Shown here: in pieces, positions 50,617 through 53,975 of the stretch
Position numbering within the stretch: the stretch's first letter is position 1
Layout: each line of letters starts with the position of its first letter
Assembly (NCBI GenBank): GCA_964646855.1
Contig: CAZYHQ010000003.1
Coordinates: 1-53,975 of the forward strand
DNA from: an uncultured archaeon
Lineage (GTDB): Archaea; Aenigmatarchaeota; Aenigmatarchaeia; CG10238-14; SCSR01
DNA: 53,975 bases
Reading direction: 5' to 3'
Translations under genes and position numbers: made by a program
Notes under the pieces: generated by a model
Seen by the model: only the letters and a program-made list of their open reading frames with translations
Database searches by the model: none
What the model was told of the DNA's origin: nothing

Positions 50617-52071
50617 TTAGCGTTTCCCACCAGCGAACACACGGTTGGAGTAGGAAGTTTTTGTCTGGTGCTTTGTGGTGCTGTACATTACAGATGCTAT
50701 CGGTAATCTCATTTCTCCAAACACATCGACTCTCGGCTTGAAACTGTACGACAGAACTCTTTCTTCTCCGGCCTTCAGCGAATCAAGCCTCCAGATCAGC
50801 GCAGTTCCGGTGTTCATTTTTTTGACAGCAGGTTTAAGGGTGTGGAATCTTTCAACAACCTCGCACACAGACGGCACGGAATCCCTTACAACAATATCCT
50901 TCACCTCGCCGATCGACCTGTTTTTCACTTCCAGATGGACAAAAATTTCTTTCCCCTTTGTCAGAGGCCCTGTCTGCCCGACCCTTTTCACAACTCCGAT
51001 TTTGAAAACGTATCTGAAAGCAACAACAACAGCGGCACCGACAACAATAAGCAAAGACCAAACTTTCCACAAGTTGAACTGGTAGACTATGACAACCTCT
51101 CCTCCCGGCGCGAGTGATTGCACGAACCAGCTGTAAACCAATGATGTGCCTTCGGATCTTACAACATCAGGCTTCAGCTCAGGATCAAAAATATCCTTGG
51201 CTACAATCGGAATGGCTTCGCTTATGTAAAAATTACTTGCCGGTACATTGCCCTCGTTCTTGACTTTTACTATAACCTTAATGTTCAAAACTCCGAGCTG
51301 CGTAGATTTCTCGCTTATCGTAGTCGAAGGAACTTCTCCCAATTTTATGTTCAGTCGTCGCAAATCTTCTGAGGTGCTGACCTGTCTTCCTGCAAGGTCT
51401 TTCAGCACAGAAACAATAGTATACTCTCCAGGCTCCTCGTACTTGCCGAAGGAATAAGTGTTGTTTATCTGCTTGGACGAAGTCGGCAGCATGCTCGATA
51501 CTTCATCAGTAAAGTTCTTTACGACTTTGCTTCCCCTTTTCACCAAAGTCTCCAAAACATATTTGTCGGAAGTCAGACCTCCGCCGTTTGTCACGGTGAC
51601 GCCGATTGTCGCTGTCTCTTCTGGTTTGAATTCTGCCTTGTCAACCTTCGCCTCGGAAATGAAAACAGGGACAGTTCTTTTCACACTCACCTGGATCAGT
51701 CTGCTTGCAATCACGTTCGGATAGTTCAGCGATTTTGCCGAGACGTTGAAAAATATCTGCGATTCCAGCGCGTCTAGAAAAGCGGTGAAGGATATTTTGG
51801 AGGTGGCGTTGGCTCCGCCGTCAGCGGTCACCCGTTCCGGCGACGGAAAATTGGTAACTTTGCTTATCGCGGAAGGAAAAACAGAAATCGAAAACGTGTC
51901 TCTGACTCCTTGATTGTTTCTCACAGTCAGCTCAACGGTTTTTGAAGTTCCGGTGAACAAATTTATTTCTTGTTCAGATAAAAAAAGATCAACATCAGCA
52001 GCAAACGCAACATTAGAAAATATTACCGCAGACAAAACAAAGAACGTTACAGCAATTATCTTCGAATTCAT
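50617..52071 (-). CDS. Large surface or membrane protein (signal peptide, Ig-like/CARDB-like repeats, C-proximal TM)
   Basis: 484-aa ORF with an N-terminal signal (FFVLSAVIFSNVAFA). Repeated beta-rich segments of the type ...TV.N.G..., one TM segment (WSLLIVVGAAVVVAF), then a further beta-rich domain. Confidence 0.6.
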   Translation of the reverse strand: MNSKIIAVTFFVLSAVIFSNVAFAADVDLFLSEQEINLFTGTSKTVELTVRNNQGVRDTFSISVFPSAISKVTNFPSPERVTADGGANATSKISFTAFLDALESQIFFNVSAKSLNYPNVIASRLIQVSVKRTVPVFISEAKVDKAEFKPEETATIGVTVTNGGGLTSDKYVLETLVKRGSKVVKNFTDEVSSMLPTSSKQINNTYSFGKYEEPGEYTIVSVLKDLAGRQVSTSEDLRRLNIKLGEVPSTTISEKSTQLGVLNIKVIVKVKNEGNVPASNFYISEAIPIVAKDIFDPELKPDVVRSEGTSLVYSWFVQSLAPGGEVVIVYQFNLWKVWSLLIVVGAAVVVAFRYVFKIGVVKRVGQTGPLTKGKEIFVHLEVKNRSIGEVKDIVVRDSVPSVCEVVERFHTLKPAVKKMNTGTALIWRLDSLKAGEERVLSYSFKPRVDVFGEMRLPIASVMYSTTKHQTKTSYSNRVFAGGKR

Positions 52072-52110
52072 AATGTATATTTGATTTTCTGCGTTTTAAA
52101 AGTTAGTTTG

Positions 52111-52770
52111 TTATTTGATGAACCGTTTGAGCAGCTCCTCGAGACTAAATTTCTTTTTCTGCCCGCCAAGTTTGTATTTTTCGCTCAACTCCCTAATTCT
52201 TTTTTCTAGCGCGTCAGCTATCGGCTCAAACTCCAGGAAAATTTTGTTCCCGTATTTGTTCAGGTAGGTCATGTCCTCGAAAGGAAACCTTGAAACCTCT
52301 TCCCCTTCCTCGGCAGGATAACCTACGGCAATAATCGCAACTGGCCTCATGTTGTCCGGCAAGTCCAGAATTCCCTTTACCTCTTCCTCGTCGAAAGCCG
52401 CAACCCAGCTTGTGCCCAGCCCGAGTGCGTTGGCAGTCAGAAGCATGTTGGTCACAGCAGCGGAAGTGTCTTGCACAGCGTAGAAAACTTCTCCTCTTTT
52501 GCCGTATTTCGCCGAAATCCTGTCCAAGTCTGCGCACACAACTATGTCCACCGGCGCGTCTGCTACCTGCTTCTGCTTCAATGCCGATTCAGCAAGTCTT
52601 CCCCTGATTTTTCCGTCGTCAACAACAACGAAACCCCACTCCTGCATATTTCCTGCAGAATGCGCGTAGGTAGCCATGTGCAGCATCAGACCAATCAGCT
52701 TGTCGTCAACAGGCTTATCCGAAAATTTTTTGACTGATTTCCTTGTTGTGATAGCTTGGAATATGTTCAT
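52111..52770 (-). CDS. Nitroreductase family protein
   Basis: 219-aa ORF. ITTRKSVKKFSDKPV N-terminal motif and the GLGTSWV core of the NADH oxidase/flavin reductase fold. Confidence 0.8.
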   Translation of the reverse strand: MNIFQAITTRKSVKKFSDKPVDDKLIGLMLHMATYAHSAGNMQEWGFVVVDDGKIRGRLAESALKQKQVADAPVDIVVCADLDRISAKYGKRGEVFYAVQDTSAAVTNMLLTANALGLGTSWVAAFDEEEVKGILDLPDNMRPVAIIAVGYPAEEGEEVSRFPFEDMTYLNKYGNKIFLEFEPIADALEKRIRELSEKYKLGGQKKKFSLEELLKRFIK

Positions 52771-52794
52771 AAATTAAAGATGCTTTTTAAAACG

Positions 52795-52980
52795 TTAAAG
52801 CCTTTTCGTACTGCCGCATATTGGGCAGCACCACATTTCTTCCGCGGACCCGGCTGCGGAAGCATCAGTAGGAAGAATCGTCTGTTTCGTCATTGTATTT
52901 TTTTCGTGAGAATTTTTCAGACAAGTCTCACACAACCTGTAACTCCAAGAGTTACTTCTCCGTTCCATTTTCGTTTGCAT
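52795..52980 (-). CDS. Possible small zinc-ribbon protein
   Basis: Internal ATG of track ORF 52795..53016 gives MQTKMERRSNSWSYRLCETCLKN...MWCCPICGSTKRL (61 aa) with two Cys pairs. TATA-like box upstream. Confidence 0.35.
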   Translation of the reverse strand: MQTKMERRSNSWSYRLCETCLKNSHEKNTMTKQTILPTDASAAGSAEEMWCCPICGSTKRL

Positions 52981-53026
52981 ATTCCAATTTTTAAAAAATA
53001 ATATAGTTGTTAACACACTTAAAATT

Positions 53027-53975
53027 ATGGATTATTCAGTCTTGGCAGAGACTTATGAGAAATTAGAGTCTGTTCCGTCGAAGCTCAAAAAGGCAGATAT
53101 ACTTGCAGATCTTTTTTTGAAAACGCCTGCAAGCCAGTTGCCGAAGGTGGCCCTGCTCGTACAGGGAAGGGTGTTTCCGTCTTACTCCGAATTCGAGCTC
53201 GGAATTGCAAATCAGATGATGATGCGGGCGATTTCAAAAGCAACAGGTTTTTCTGCAGAGGCAGTCGAAGAAAAATTTAGAAGAAATGGAGACTTAGGGC
53301 TGACAGCAGAGAAGTGTATTGAATCAAAAAAACAATCAACACTCCTGCGGAAAAAACTTACAATAGATTTTGTTTTTGAAAATCTGAAAGAGTTGGCAAC
53401 AATTGCAGGTGAAGGTTCGCAGGAAAAAAAACTAAATCTGATTGCAGAATTAATAGTTTCGGCTCATCCAAAAGAGGCTCGATATATCGCAAGAACAATT
53501 TTGCAGGACCTGCGGGTGGGTGCGGCAGAGGGAATAATTCGCGATGCAATTGTTAATGCGTTCCTAGTTGGGAAACAAACAACAAAGGAAGAAAAAGAGA
53601 AGATGACCGAAGCCGTTGAATACGCGTCCAACATCCTATCTGACTTTGGTGAAGTTGCAAGAATCGCCAAGGAGAAGGGCGTCGACGGTCTGAAAAAAGT
53701 TAAGGTGCAAATCGGCAAGCCGATACAAGTCATGCTTGGAGAGAAAGCCGAAAGTGTGAAGGAAGTTTTAGACGAGTTCGGCGAAATTATTGCGGAATTC
53801 AAATACGACGGGATGAGGGCGCAGATTCACAAGAAAGGAAACGAAATTTGGGTTTTCACTCGGCGGCTGGAAAACGTTACAAGGCAATTCCCGGATTTGG
53901 TCGAGTTGTGCAAGAAAGGATTGAAAGCAAGGGAGTGCATAGTTGAGGGAGAAGTTCTTGGAGTCAGCCCTAAAA
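53027..53975 (+). CDS. lig: ATP-dependent DNA ligase (5' partial; runs off the window end)
   Basis: Manual translation from ATG 53027: MDYSVLAETYEKLESVPSKLKKADILADLF... (DNA-binding domain). Adenylation motif I EFKYDGMRAQIH is in frame at about 53795-53830. No stop before the window end. Confidence 0.9.
   Translation, partial: MDYSVLAETYEKLESVPSKLKKADILADLFLKTPASQLPKVALLVQGRVFPSYSEFELGIANQMMMRAISKATGFSAEAVEEKFRRNGDLGLTAEKCIESKKQSTLLRKKLTIDFVFENLKELATIAGEGSQEKKLNLIAELIVSAHPKEARYIARTILQDLRVGAAEGIIRDAIVNAFLVGKQTTKEEKEKMTEAVEYASNILSDFGEVARIAKEKGVDGLKKVKVQIGKPIQVMLGEKAESVKEVLDEFGEIIAEFKYDGMRAQIHKKGNEIWVFTRRLENVTRQFPDLVELCKKGLKARECIVEGEVLGVSPK

Overview
This is an archaeal chromosomal segment. Gene content and order suggest a small-genome, DPANN-like or euryarchaeal lineage, but that is inference only.

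Conserved core. Most of the window is information-processing genes, mainly on the minus strand:
- uL11-Spt5-SecE-FtsZ at 1.5-3.8 kb.
- Rpo3(D)-uS11-uS4-uS13 at 5.6-7.8 kb.
- L7Ae-eS28-eL24 at 8.0-8.7 kb.
- GluRS, TFS, a bacterial-type MetK and a DEAD-box helicase.
- The classic rpoH-rpoB''-rpoB'-rpoA'-rpoA''-eL30-NusA-uS12-uS7-aEF-2 block at 37.9-49.1 kb.
- 5S rRNA, PRPP synthetase, a nitroreductase and the 5' part of an ATP-dependent DNA ligase.
- Four tRNAs (Leu, Ala, Asp, Tyr), all of which appear to carry introns, some at non-canonical positions.

Secreted or membrane clusters. At 12-15 kb there is one member of a putative peptidase family plus a divergent pair of proteins (one an ArsR-type regulator) sharing a helical domain. 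At 19.9-23.9 kb there is a BNR propeller protein, a second member of that peptidase family and an M23-like peptidase.

Accessory region. It spans about 24.4-37.5 kb. The core at about 25.5-35.2 kb looks AT-richer by eye and has no recognisable integrase or transposase. It carries:
- VapBC and an orphan PIN protein.
- A 493-aa fusion protein with a NucS/DUF91-like PD-(D/E)xK core and a C-terminal HEPN-like Rx4H motif, flanked by two small unknown genes.
- An overlapping DUF262 + HEPN gene pair.
- Four tandem paralogous mini-HTH genes followed by a wHTH-AlbA_2 protein.
- A GNAT acetyltransferase.
- An AT-rich, repeat-laden non-coding stretch upstream of a wHTH gene that contains in-frame DNA repeats.
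- A TrmB-family regulator.

Short conserved DNA elements punctuate the island:
- TACCAC-N8-GTGGTA palindromes at three loci.
- A 19-bp TGAGAnTTTATAAGTTTCT direct repeat, three copies.
- A 28-bp shared upstream box, two copies.
- GC-rich direct repeats flanking a 69-aa gene.

The best candidates for an undescribed system are the 27.1-29.4 kb nuclease/HEPN fusion module and the 31.9-33.5 kb HTH-array/AlbA_2 module. All domain calls come from motif recognition by eye and need profile or structure searches.
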